Below, one piece after another: positions 9,840 to 17,834 of a stretch of 64,000 bases of DNA. The DNA is from a virus. Its lineage: Duplodnaviria > Heunggongvirae > Uroviricota > Caudoviricetes. Every line of letters begins with the position of its first letter. The first letter of the stretch is position 1. The notes beneath the pieces are model-generated. The model was not told the origin of the DNA. It ran no database searches and worked only from the letters and a program-made list of their open reading frames with translations. The translations under genes and the position numbers were made by a program. Location of the stretch: the IMG/VR virus record IMGVR_UViG_3300021256_000055, positions 135,124 to 199,123 of that record. One strand, given 5' to 3'.

Positions 9840-10415
9840 CTATGCGCTATACTTATTAAGAATATCCTGAAGCTCATCCTTAGAGCCTTCGCCTTTTGCT
9901 GCAAACTTCCATTCGCCATTGTGACGATAAAGCTCTGCAACAATCATTGAAGCAGCTGTTGAATAGTCTTCTGAAAGATCAAAACGGAATTCTTCCTTAC
10001 CATTTGTATCATCCATAGATGAAAGGCTAAGAAGACGGATATAAGCATTATTTACCATACCAAAATTCTGCTTACGTTCAGCAGCCTTATGAATTGTTAC
10101 TGCAAATACAATGTGTTCAATATTTGCTGGAATCTTTTCAAAGTCAATAAGAATTGACTCATCATCACCAGCAGCATCACCTGTACGATTGTCACCAGAA
10201 TGGATAACAGCTCCAGAACTATGCTTTGTATGATTGTAGAATACAAAGTCATCATCTGATGTCATCTTTGAATTTGCACCAAGCAAAAATACTTCAGTGT
10301 CCAAATCAAAATCGGCTCCATTATCATAGCCATTTACATCCCAACCAAGGCCGGCCTTAGCAAAGCGCATTCCCTTGTCCAAAGAAACTTTCTGTCCTTT
10401 CTCAAGATTAATCAT
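9840..10415 (-). CDS. terD: TerD-domain protein (paralogue 1, 191 aa)
   Basis: MINLEKGQKVSL...GLGWDV...DFDLD...GDNRTG...GDDE...EIYRHNGEWKFAAKG are canonical TerD/TerE/TerZ (tellurium-resistance, Ca-binding) motifs. Confidence 0.85.
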   Translation of the reverse strand: MINLEKGQKVSLDKGMRFAKAGLGWDVNGYDNGADFDLDTEVFLLGANSKMTSDDDFVFYNHTKHSSGAVIHSGDNRTGDAAGDDESILIDFEKIPANIEHIVFAVTIHKAAERKQNFGMVNNAYIRLLSLSSMDDTNGKEEFRFDLSEDYSTAASMIVAELYRHNGEWKFAAKGEGSKDELQDILNKYSA

Positions 10416-10819
10416 TTAAGATCCTCCAATATTTTGTTAACTTCTTTTTCAGCTAACATATAATAATATGTTTTCGGGTCATACAAAAGTCTAACTCCAA
10501 TAATATCGGAATAAGAGCCCTCATAAGCGTATACTTCCAATTTTATTGGAAGATAACTACCCTTTTTAGATATTTTAGCCCAATTAAGCTTAATATCTCT
10601 TGCGATATCTTGCCTAATATCTTCTACTGTTAGAACAACATATGGACTCAAAAAAGGACCTTTATCATACGAAAACTCATATTCTAAGCCATCTTTGATT
10701 TCTATATAATTTAGAAAATCTAAATGATGACAAAGACTATTATTGTTTATCATATTTTCAAAAGTCTTTTGAGCCCTCTTTAAGTAAAAAAGGGGAGACC
10801 TACTAAGATATTGCTCCAT
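10412..10819 (-). CDS. hypothetical protein (135 aa) embedded in TerD array
   Basis: Intact ORF overlapping TerD1 by 4 nt. No motif. Confidence 0.5.
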   Translation of the reverse strand: MEQYLSRSPLFYLKRAQKTFENMINNNSLCHHLDFLNYIEIKDGLEYEFSYDKGPFLSPYVVLTVEDIRQDIARDIKLNWAKISKKGSYLPIKLEVYAYEGSYSDIIGVRLLYDPKTYYYMLAEKEVNKILEDLK

Positions 10820-10833
10820 AATCTCCCTATTTA

Positions 10834-11415
10834 TTAGCAGCTTCCACCATACTTACGTACAAATGCTTCAAGGCCACCAGCAAAGCCATCACCCTTTGCA
10901 GCAAATTTCCATTCACCATTATGGCGATAGATTTCAGCTACAAGAATAGCTGTTTCTGTTGAATAGTCTTCAGACAAATCAAAACGGAGTTCTTCCTTAC
11001 CTGACTCAGCACCTGCCTTTTCAAGAGAAAGCAAACGAATAAATGCATTGTTTACCATACCAAAATTCTGATGGCGTGTTTCCGCATCATGAATTGTTAC
11101 AACAAACGCAAGCTTTTCAATATTTGCTGGCACTTTAGTGAAATCAATATAAATTGATTCATCATCACCTTCTCCAGCGCCTGTACGATTATCTCCTGAA
11201 TGTATAACTGCGCCAGATGCATGTTTCTGGTTATTATAGAAGATAAAATCCTCATCTTTTTGAAGTTTATCTCCAGATCCAAGCATAAATACTGATGCGT
11301 CAAGATCAAAATCCTGACCGTTATCAAAACCATTTACATCCCAGCCAAGACCTGCTTTAGCAAACTTGATTCCAGAATCAAGTGAAACTTTCTGTCCTTT
11401 AGATAAGTTAATCAT
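10834..11415 (-). CDS. terD: TerD-domain protein (paralogue 2, 193 aa)
   Basis: Same motif set as paralogue 1: MINLSKGQKVSLD, GDNRTGAGEGDDE, EIYRHNGEWKFAAKGDG. Confidence 0.85.
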   Translation of the reverse strand: MINLSKGQKVSLDSGIKFAKAGLGWDVNGFDNGQDFDLDASVFMLGSGDKLQKDEDFIFYNNQKHASGAVIHSGDNRTGAGEGDDESIYIDFTKVPANIEKLAFVVTIHDAETRHQNFGMVNNAFIRLLSLEKAGAESGKEELRFDLSEDYSTETAILVAEIYRHNGEWKFAAKGDGFAGGLEAFVRKYGGSC

Positions 11416-11441
11416 TAACTACTCCTTAAATTTTTATTACT

Positions 11442-11455
11442 TATATAATATGTGA
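11442..11455 (-). promoter_or_regulatory. conserved TATAATATGT-type motif instance
   Basis: Plus-strand tatataatatgtga, upstream of TerD2. An AAGGAG ribosome-binding site lies between it and the ATG. Confidence 0.4.
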
Positions 11456-11471
11456 ATATTTTACGCTAAGT

Positions 11472-11825
11472 CTAGCTTTCAAGTAATTTAGAAACTTCAT
11501 AATTTGCTACATCTACATAATATTTATGCTCATCATAACTAATTTTGGCCATTATACTAAAACCTTCAACATAGAAGCTAATGCTAATTGGAATACATAT
11601 ATCCTTAATAGTATTTTTCCAAATTATTCTTAAATAATCTAATTGATAATCTAAATAACTTGGATCAGGACCAATTCTCATTCCGCTTATTTCTACAATA
11701 TAAAAATCTTCACCTTGCTTAGCCAACCTAACATAATTATATCCATTAGCAAATACAGCCCTTCTCAAAATAAGAAGGGCTTTCTTTAAGTAATTCTCAG
11801 GTGTATCAGTTATTTCTAAAAACAT
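11472..11825 (-). CDS. hypothetical protein (117 aa) embedded in TerD array
   Basis: Intact ORF. Confidence 0.5.
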   Translation of the reverse strand: MFLEITDTPENYLKKALLILRRAVFANGYNYVRLAKQGEDFYIVEISGMRIGPDPSYLDYQLDYLRIIWKNTIKDICIPISISFYVEGFSIMAKISYDEHKYYVDVANYEVSKLLES

Positions 11826-11827
11826 AT

Positions 11828-12355
11828 TTATTTATAACAAACTGAACTTACTGAAACTATTGAAGTATACGGATTAGTATCTACTTTATTTGGATAATCA
11901 GGATAGTTTGGGGTTCTTACATAAACTCTCTTTTGAAAATCCTGATAAGCGGTAGTATAAGACATATTATAAGTAGAATGACTTACACTATGCCTACGCC
12001 CATTATATACAAAATAGTACTCAGCACTATGATGTCTAGACTTTCTGGTTCTATGTCCCTCACTGTCAGTAACATAATAGTATTCTGTCCATGCGGGCTT
12101 ATATTCTCGCATTATATTCCATGACTCAGTATAAACTGGTCCACGCTCACTTTCAATCTCTGAAGTTGTATAGCTATATGTCTTATGAAGATGAACTATA
12201 CCTTTTCCAGCATAGAAAATCAAAACACAAGCTAATACAATTCCTACCAGAATCATAAAAGTCTTACCAACGCTGTCCCAAGGAATCTCATCCTTAAGTA
12301 CAGTAAGCGCAGAAGGCCTAGAACTGTACTTATTCTTTTCTGATGCCATTAGCAC
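11828..12355 (-). CDS. membrane-anchored hypothetical protein (175 aa), Tyr/Thr/His-rich ectodomain
   Basis: One N-terminal TM helix (FMILVGIVLACVLIFYAG). The rest is Y/T/S/H/R-rich. Confidence 0.5.
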   Translation of the reverse strand: MLMASEKNKYSSRPSALTVLKDEIPWDSVGKTFMILVGIVLACVLIFYAGKGIVHLHKTYSYTTSEIESERGPVYTESWNIMREYKPAWTEYYYVTDSEGHRTRKSRHHSAEYYFVYNGRRHSVSHSTYNMSYTTAYQDFQKRVYVRTPNYPDYPNKVDTNPYTSIVSVSSVCYK

Positions 12356-12930
12356 TGTCCACCGTACATACGAACGAATCCAGCTAATCCATTCTTGAAT
12401 CCGTCACCTTTTGCGCCAAACTTCCATTCACCATTATGACGATAAATTTCAGCAATCAAAAGGGCTGTCTCAGTAGAATAATCCTCGGTTAAATCAAAAC
12501 GAAGTAATTCTTCTCCAGCTGTATCTTCTTTATTTTTTACTGCAGTAAGATGAATAAATGCATTATCAACCATACCAAAGTTCTGTCTACGCTGATCAGC
12601 TTCATGAATTGTTACAACAATTGCAAGCTTGCTAATACTTGCTGGGATCTTTGTAAAATCAATATAAATCTGTTCATCATCACCGTCTCCGGCGCCGGTA
12701 CGGTTATCTCCCATATGTTTTACTGACTTTGAAGGATGCTCCAAATTATTATAGAAAACAAAATCTTCATCTTTCTGAAGTTTACCATTTGCGCCAAGCA
12801 TAAATACAGATGCATCCAAATCGAAATCAAAACCGCCACTATATTTATTTGTATCCCAACCAAGACCTACATAGGCATACTGTGTGGATTTTCCAAGTTC
12901 AATTTTCTGTCCTTTTACGAGATTAATCAT
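12349..12930 (-). CDS. terD: TerD-domain protein (paralogue 3, 193 aa)
   Basis: MINLVKGQKIEL...GLGWD...DFDLD...GDNRTGAGDGDDE...EIYRHNGEWKFGAKGDG. Confidence 0.85.
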   Translation of the reverse strand: MINLVKGQKIELGKSTQYAYVGLGWDTNKYSGGFDFDLDASVFMLGANGKLQKDEDFVFYNNLEHPSKSVKHMGDNRTGAGDGDDEQIYIDFTKIPASISKLAIVVTIHEADQRRQNFGMVDNAFIHLTAVKNKEDTAGEELLRFDLTEDYSTETALLIAEIYRHNGEWKFGAKGDGFKNGLAGFVRMYGGQC

Positions 12931-12943
12931 TTATATTCCTCCA

Positions 12944-12962
12944 GGGCGTTTTATAACGCCCC
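12944..12962 (-). other. GC-rich hairpin (gggcgttttataacgcccc) between TerD4 and TerD3
   Basis: Stem seen in the sequence. On the minus strand it is followed by a GGAGG ribosome-binding site, not a U-run, so it is more likely an intercistronic RNA structure than a strong terminator. Confidence 0.35.
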
Positions 12963-12975
12963 GATTTTTAATTTT

Positions 12976-13551
12976 TTAGTTATAGCGGTTAACAACAGCG
13001 CTGACATAATCAGCGTCTTTTACACCTTCACCAATAGCTGCGAACTTCCATTCACCGTTATGACGATAAATTTCACCAGCAATCAAACCTGTTGATGTAC
13101 CTTTAGATTCATCAAGATTGAAACGTGCAAGCTCTTCATTGCCATTCTTTGGATTGTAAAGACGAATATATGCATTACGCAAAGCAGACATATCCTGTCC
13201 ACGTTTTGATGCTTCATAAATATTCATGAAAACTACAATCTTATCTACATTTGAACGAACTTCATTCAATGAAATCTCAATTGTTTCATCATCACCGTCG
13301 CCACCACCAGTACGGTTATCTCCAGAGTGATGAATACCAGGAAGGTCCTTATTGCTGAAATAAACAGTTGATTCATTAAACTGTCGAGAAACTACTCTAC
13401 CATCTGAGCCCAAACAAACGCAAGAAGCATCACAGTCAAAATCTGCTGCCCAAGAACTCTGCACTGGGTCCCAACCAAGACCAACATTAATTTTTGTAAG
13501 GCTTGTACCTTTTGTAAGATCAATTTTCTGACCCTTTGTTAAATTAATCAT
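12976..13551 (-). CDS. terD: TerD-domain protein (divergent paralogue 4, 191 aa)
   Basis: MINLTKGQKIDL...GLGWDP...DFDCD...SGDNRTGGGDGDDE...EIYRHNGEWKFAAIGEG. Confidence 0.8.
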   Translation of the reverse strand: MINLTKGQKIDLTKGTSLTKINVGLGWDPVQSSWAADFDCDASCVCLGSDGRVVSRQFNESTVYFSNKDLPGIHHSGDNRTGGGDGDDETIEISLNEVRSNVDKIVVFMNIYEASKRGQDMSALRNAYIRLYNPKNGNEELARFNLDESKGTSTGLIAGEIYRHNGEWKFAAIGEGVKDADYVSAVVNRYN

Positions 13552-13574
13552 TTAACATCCTCCAAATATTTTAA

Positions 13575-14162
13575 TTACCAGCGATTAATAATTTCTGAAA
13601 TACGACTAGCATTTTTAATTGATTCACCAACCGCAGTGAAATTCCAACCATCTTCCGACTTAGACAATTCTCCTGCTATAAATCCTTCAACTGGTCCCAG
13701 GTCTTTATCCAAATCATAACGACAAAGTTCTTCATTAGTGTCTGCGTTATATACACGAATATAAGCATTTCTCAAACTTGTCATATTCTGATGACGATCT
13801 CGCGCATCATAAATATTCATAAAGATTGGAATACGTTCAACATTATTTGGAAGTTTGTCAAAGGTGATAGAAATCGTTTCATTATCTTTATTTCCGCCAC
13901 CAACACGATCATCACCAGAATGATGAACACCAGCCATATCTTTATGACCATAATAAACTACATAATCAGTTCCAAGAAGTTTACCCTTCTTGGAAAGACA
14001 TGCCAAAGAAGCATCACAATCAATATCTTCATCATTACTAAAAATTGATAAAAGACCCTTTTTGCGTTCTACTTCATCCCAGCCTAAAGCAACATTGATA
14101 TGCTTAAGCGTACCATCTTTTTTTACAAGGTTAATTCCCTGTCCTTTTGTTAAATTAATCAT
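13575..14162 (-). CDS. terD: TerD-domain protein (divergent paralogue 5, 195 aa)
   Basis: MINLTKGQGINL...ALGWDE...DIDCD...SGDDRVGGGNKDNE. More degenerate, but the same architecture. Confidence 0.7.
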   Translation of the reverse strand: MINLTKGQGINLVKKDGTLKHINVALGWDEVERKKGLLSIFSNDEDIDCDASLACLSKKGKLLGTDYVVYYGHKDMAGVHHSGDDRVGGGNKDNETISITFDKLPNNVERIPIFMNIYDARDRHQNMTSLRNAYIRVYNADTNEELCRYDLDKDLGPVEGFIAGELSKSEDGWNFTAVGESIKNASRISEIINRW

Positions 14163-14171
14163 ATTTTTTAC

Positions 14172-14573
14172 CTACTTAGCCCAAAGGCCTTTAATAACAA
14201 TATCACTAGAATATTCTGGACATAATTTATATTTTCCTGATTTTGTTTTTCTTGCTAAAGACTGCGCAGTAACAAAATCTAATTGTGAATAAACAGGCGG
14301 CCCATATCGATAAAGCCGACGGTCGTCATAATCACCATAAGCATTTGGGTCTTCTAAAATAAGATGATATTGTACTGCGTCTATATATGACTTATAGTAT
14401 GTATCATTGCCCAAGTCCTTAAGAACTGCTAATCTAGTCAATTCTTTTGTATTAAGGCTAATAGGCCTAACATCGATTACCTTGTATTTAACTTCAATTG
14501 TTTCATAGCATTTATTACAACTTATAAGAAATAATGATGAAATAACTAATAAAGCAAATAATAACTTTTTCAT
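14172..14573 (-). CDS. lipoprotein (133 aa)
   Basis: Signal peptide with lipobox: MKKLLFALLVISSLFLISC. Confidence 0.55.
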   Translation of the reverse strand: MKKLLFALLVISSLFLISCNKCYETIEVKYKVIDVRPISLNTKELTRLAVLKDLGNDTYYKSYIDAVQYHLILEDPNAYGDYDDRRLYRYGPPVYSQLDFVTAQSLARKTKSGKYKLCPEYSSDIVIKGLWAK

Positions 14574-14599
14574 AAAACCTAAAATAAAACCACCATTAA

Positions 14600-14618
14600 A
14601 AATGGTGGCTATAGTTCT
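14600..14618 (-). terminator. rho-independent terminator (ccaccattaaaaatggtgg)
   Basis: 7-bp stem followed on the minus strand by ttttattttaggtttt. Sits 3' of the 14621..15232 gene. Confidence 0.55.
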
Positions 14619-14620
14619 TA

Positions 14621-15232
14621 TTAGAGAACCAAATCTCCATCAGCTGATGTTACAACACGAATACCATAAGTTTTTGTATCTACTTCGGCTGTTGGATCAA
14701 TAGCTACAGTTGCGTCCTTAACAATTGTTAGTGTCTGAGGAAGCTGAGCTACTTCATTTGCAAGTGCTGATTCTTTTGCACAATTGAATACACAATAGTC
14801 ATAACAAAGACCAGTAAAATACAAATTTACTTTTTCACCATTCTTAATAGCGTCATCAATTGGCTTCATATCTTTTTCTGACAGTCGTCCAAGAACATCA
14901 ACACCATACTCTTCTTCAGCTGCATTCTGGCCTTTATAAATAAAGGCAACTGGCTTGTCCTTTGCAAATGCAGAAATCATATCAGATACACGCCAATCCA
15001 AATCAGAACCAGCTGTGCCATCTACACAGTGTGCAGGCCAAGGACCATTCTGCTCCTTAAATGAACAGTGATTAGTAGGATGCATATCCTTTGTGGCGAT
15101 AATCATATCAGGATTAATTCTTTCCTGAGCAATCTTAAGCTTATTAAAAGCTTCATCCCACTTGTCATAACCGACTCCAAGTGAGCCGTTAATAAAATCG
15201 TTCTGAACATCTACCAAAACTAAAATATTCAT
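14621..15232 (-). CDS. pncA: nicotinamidase/pyrazinamidase-like isochorismatase-family hydrolase
   Basis: VLVDVQNDF N-terminal Asp motif. Catalytic Cys lies in YFTGLCYDYCV. Fold-typical length of 203 aa. Confidence 0.7.
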   Translation of the reverse strand: MNILVLVDVQNDFINGSLGVGYDKWDEAFNKLKIAQERINPDMIIATKDMHPTNHCSFKEQNGPWPAHCVDGTAGSDLDWRVSDMISAFAKDKPVAFIYKGQNAAEEEYGVDVLGRLSEKDMKPIDDAIKNGEKVNLYFTGLCYDYCVFNCAKESALANEVAQLPQTLTIVKDATVAIDPTAEVDTKTYGIRVVTSADGDLVL

Positions 15233-15250
15233 GTTTTAACTCCTTACGAA

Positions 15251-15261
15251 TATAATATGTA
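15251..15261 (-). promoter_or_regulatory. conserved TATAATATGT motif instance
   Basis: Plus-strand tataatatgta, upstream of the pncA-like gene. An AAGGAG ribosome-binding site follows. Confidence 0.4.
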
Positions 15262-15283
15262 TTTTAATATTAAAAATGCTAAA

Positions 15284-15550
15284 TTATTTTAATCTCTCAT
15301 GATTAAATTTTTTTGTATATTTGTTAACTTCTGCTTCTGTGAGCTTACCATAAATTCTTTCCATAAGAAAGAGTATTGCGTCTAATCCTGCATAAAATCC
15401 ATCAAAATTAAAAAATAAAATTTTATTAAAAAAATCTTTTTTAGACAAATTATCGGCGGGCATAACGCAAGCACTTCTTATACCCTGCTGTTCTTTTGGA
15501 GATACCTCAACTTGTTCACGATTTGCATTATACCTAAAAACCAAATCCAT
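15284..15550 (-). CDS. hypothetical protein (88 aa)
   Basis: Intact ORF. Confidence 0.45.
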   Translation of the reverse strand: MDLVFRYNANREQVEVSPKEQQGIRSACVMPADNLSKKDFFNKILFFNFDGFYAGLDAILFLMERIYGKLTEAEVNKYTKKFNHERLK

Positions 15551-15594
15551 AATAAGCTCCTTCCCTTCCTAGGTATAATATGTCTATGAAGATA

Positions 15595-16152
15595 CTATAA
15601 GTCTAAATTTTTAGATAAAATTTCTTTTCTAATACGAGTTGAAGATTCTGGATTATTCATTGGAATATATTCATATGGAATATCTGTTGGCAAGTCTGTA
15701 TCATATCCGGGGCGATTAAAAACTATAAGCTTTGTCAAAGCCAAAATTTCTTCCCACTTATACCATGTTTTAATTTTCTGAAGTGAATCTGAGCCAATAG
15801 CTACATAAAATTCTATACCAGCAGCATTTGCTTGTTTTTTAGCTAGCTCAATATTATCAATATCAGCTTGGCAAAAAGATTCTATAAAAAATTTAATTGT
15901 ATCTATAAAACGCCAATTTTCTGGAATATTAGCTTCAATTTTAGAAACTATAATATTTGGTAAATAGCTAACTTTATCCTCTACCATTTTACAGCGATCC
16001 TCAAATGAGTACATTGTTTGATTTGGCTTATAGTATGTAATATTTGTTGGTACAAGAATTACCTTATCAAACTTATCTGACAAATATTCAACTATTTCTT
16101 TATGTGCACTGTGAAATGGATCAAATGTACCACCATAAATTACATATCTCAT
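15595..16152 (-). CDS. nadD: nicotinate/nicotinamide mononucleotide adenylyltransferase (NadD/NMNAT family)
   Basis: GGTFDPFHSAH is the (H/T)xGH nucleotidyltransferase motif. The C-terminal SSTRIR is the ISSTxxR motif of NadD. Confidence 0.75.
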   Translation of the reverse strand: MRYVIYGGTFDPFHSAHKEIVEYLSDKFDKVILVPTNITYYKPNQTMYSFEDRCKMVEDKVSYLPNIIVSKIEANIPENWRFIDTIKFFIESFCQADIDNIELAKKQANAAGIEFYVAIGSDSLQKIKTWYKWEEILALTKLIVFNRPGYDTDLPTDIPYEYIPMNNPESSTRIRKEILSKNLDL

Positions 16153-16322
16153 TAAAAAACCTCTGCAAGAAATTTACCAATAAAAATTGAGGCTGTCCCA
16201 CCTAGAAGGATAAAAACTAATCTACGAAAGAAATGTGTCCACTTAAAAGACTCATCTGGAGTAAGCTTTACTTCATATAGAGTCTTATCTTCCTCATCCT
16301 TAATTTTAATAGTCTTTTCCAT
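16152..16322 (-). CDS. small membrane protein (about 56 aa), not in the supplied ORF track
   Basis: My own translation: MEKTIKIKDEEDKTLYEVKLTPDESFKWTHFFRRLVFILLGGTASIFIGKFLAEVF. Its stop overlaps the nadD start (TAATG). The conserved motif abuts its ATG. Confidence 0.4.
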   Translation of the reverse strand: MEKTIKIKDEEDKTLYEVKLTPDESFKWTHFFRRLVFILLGGTASIFIGKFLAEVF

Positions 16323-16323
16323 A

Positions 16324-16337
16324 TTTATAATATGTAA
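16324..16337 (-). promoter_or_regulatory. conserved TTTACATATTATAAA motif instance abutting a start codon
   Basis: Minus-strand reading is ACATATTATAAAT then ATG. No ribosome-binding site in between. Confidence 0.45.
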
Positions 16338-16360
16338 TTTATATTAAGAAATTATGAATT

Positions 16361-16921
16361 TTAATTTTTAAAAGTAAGTTCTACCTGATAAACTTCTGAG
16401 AAAGGATATACTTTAATATTTTCTTGTATAGTAATACCACTTGGGCTTGGGATTACATTACTAGCATAATCTGAAATTTCATTACTTATTTTATATTTTT
16501 CTAAAGTACTATCCAACTTATGCTGTAATAAAGCTGCATTATAATTATTCATTTGCTTACCAATCATAGTCTGAGATACAGCCTGAATATCCTGCTTTAT
16601 CTTACTATAAAGCATACGGTCCCTAAGTGATATTTCATCGGGCATATCACCACTATATAAACGGTCTAACTCATCCGCCTCTTCAAAGTCATCCCCACCA
16701 AAATAATCTACTGCATCATGAAATGATGCTTGATTAGTTGCGTCCCCAATCTTAAGCTTATCTTTTCTTACCTTACTTGTCTTTGGTACATCTACTTTCT
16801 CTAGACTAATGGGAGAAATGCCTTTGGAATCTAAAGTCAACTCATTAGGGCTTATAGTAACTTTATCATCTGCAAATGTAAATTTATTAAATATTGATAA
16901 AAGGTTCTTTTGAAGAGACAT
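16361..16921 (-). CDS. hypothetical protein (186 aa)
   Basis: Intact ORF. Confidence 0.5.
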   Translation of the reverse strand: MSLQKNLLSIFNKFTFADDKVTISPNELTLDSKGISPISLEKVDVPKTSKVRKDKLKIGDATNQASFHDAVDYFGGDDFEEADELDRLYSGDMPDEISLRDRMLYSKIKQDIQAVSQTMIGKQMNNYNAALLQHKLDSTLEKYKISNEISDYASNVIPSPSGITIQENIKVYPFSEVYQVELTFKN

Positions 16922-17114
16922 AAATTTCTATTACCCTAGCGCCTTCCGGCCATAATGGATGATTTTCATTTGGCTGTTCATCAGCTTCTCTATAATATGC
17001 TAAAATTTGGTCCATTGATTCAAATTCGCGAATTACTCTTAATCTGTTATCTGTGCCCTCACTAGTATAAATTGGAGCATTAGTAACTACACAAAATTTT
17101 TTTACGAAATTCAT
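16887..17114 (-). CDS. hypothetical protein (75 aa)
   Basis: Intact ORF overlapping its downstream gene. Confidence 0.4.
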   Translation of the reverse strand: MNFVKKFCVVTNAPIYTSEGTDNRLRVIREFESMDQILAYYREADEQPNENHPLWPEGARVIEIYVSSKEPFINI

Positions 17115-17144
17115 AATAATAGATTAGCGTAGGATAATAAAAAA

Positions 17145-17164
17145 GGACTGCATAGATGCAGTCC
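17145..17164 (-). terminator. rho-independent terminator (ggactgcatagatgcagtcc)
   Basis: 8-bp stem followed by tttttt on the minus strand. Sits 3' of the Nudix gene. Confidence 0.6.
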
Positions 17165-17187
17165 CTTAAATTTATTTTTAAATTATA

Positions 17188-17820
17188 TTACTTTTTATAT
17201 TTTGCTTCAAATTTTGCTTTTGCAAAAGCGGCTTTTTTAGCTTTACTATAATAATCAGCAATCTTTATTTGTTCCTTAAGCGCAGTAAGCTGTTCGTAAC
17301 TTTGCCAAAGAAAAGCGCCCATAACTGAATCATCATCACTTCCAAGATAATCATTTGGGTTATCTACTTCTACAACATTGATAAACTCATTCTCGTCAAG
17401 ATGCTGTTTATCACGCTCACCTGAAACTTCCACCAAAAATCCATTCATATGATTATTCATAAACGCCGGATTTGGACATTTTCTATAAAGCTGTGTAATA
17501 ATTTTTACATCTTTATAACCAGTTTCTTCCTTAACTTCTCTTACACAAGCTTCAGCTGGCGTTTCACCTTCCTCAACTGTTCCCGAAGGAAATTCATAAA
17601 CTTCCTTATTTACGCCATGACGAAACTCTTTTACCATAATAAACTTTTTTGTGTCTTTATTATAAATAAGAGCTGAACACCAATCTGGACATTTTAAAGA
17701 AACAAACTTACCCTGCTTACCCGCTGGATTAGTTTTAACAGTTTCCATAACTGTCCAAATAAATGTTTTTAAAAGTTCTTTTGTTTCACCAATTTTCCAT
17801 TCTGCCATTTTAAGCTCCAT
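17188..17820 (-). CDS. Nudix hydrolase (ADP-ribose/NAD-derivative pyrophosphatase-like)
   Basis: Perfect Nudix box: GTVEEGETPAEACVREVKEETGY (G-x5-E-x7-REVxEExGY). Confidence 0.8.
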   Translation of the reverse strand: MELKMAEWKIGETKELLKTFIWTVMETVKTNPAGKQGKFVSLKCPDWCSALIYNKDTKKFIMVKEFRHGVNKEVYEFPSGTVEEGETPAEACVREVKEETGYKDVKIITQLYRKCPNPAFMNNHMNGFLVEVSGERDKQHLDENEFINVVEVDNPNDYLGSDDDSVMGAFLWQSYEQLTALKEQIKIADYYSKAKKAAFAKAKFEAKYKK

Positions 17821-17821
17821 A

Positions 17822-17834
17822 TTTATAATATGTT
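17822..17834 (-). promoter_or_regulatory. conserved motif instance abutting the Nudix start codon
   Basis: Minus-strand reading is ACATATTATAAAT then ATG. Confidence 0.45.
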
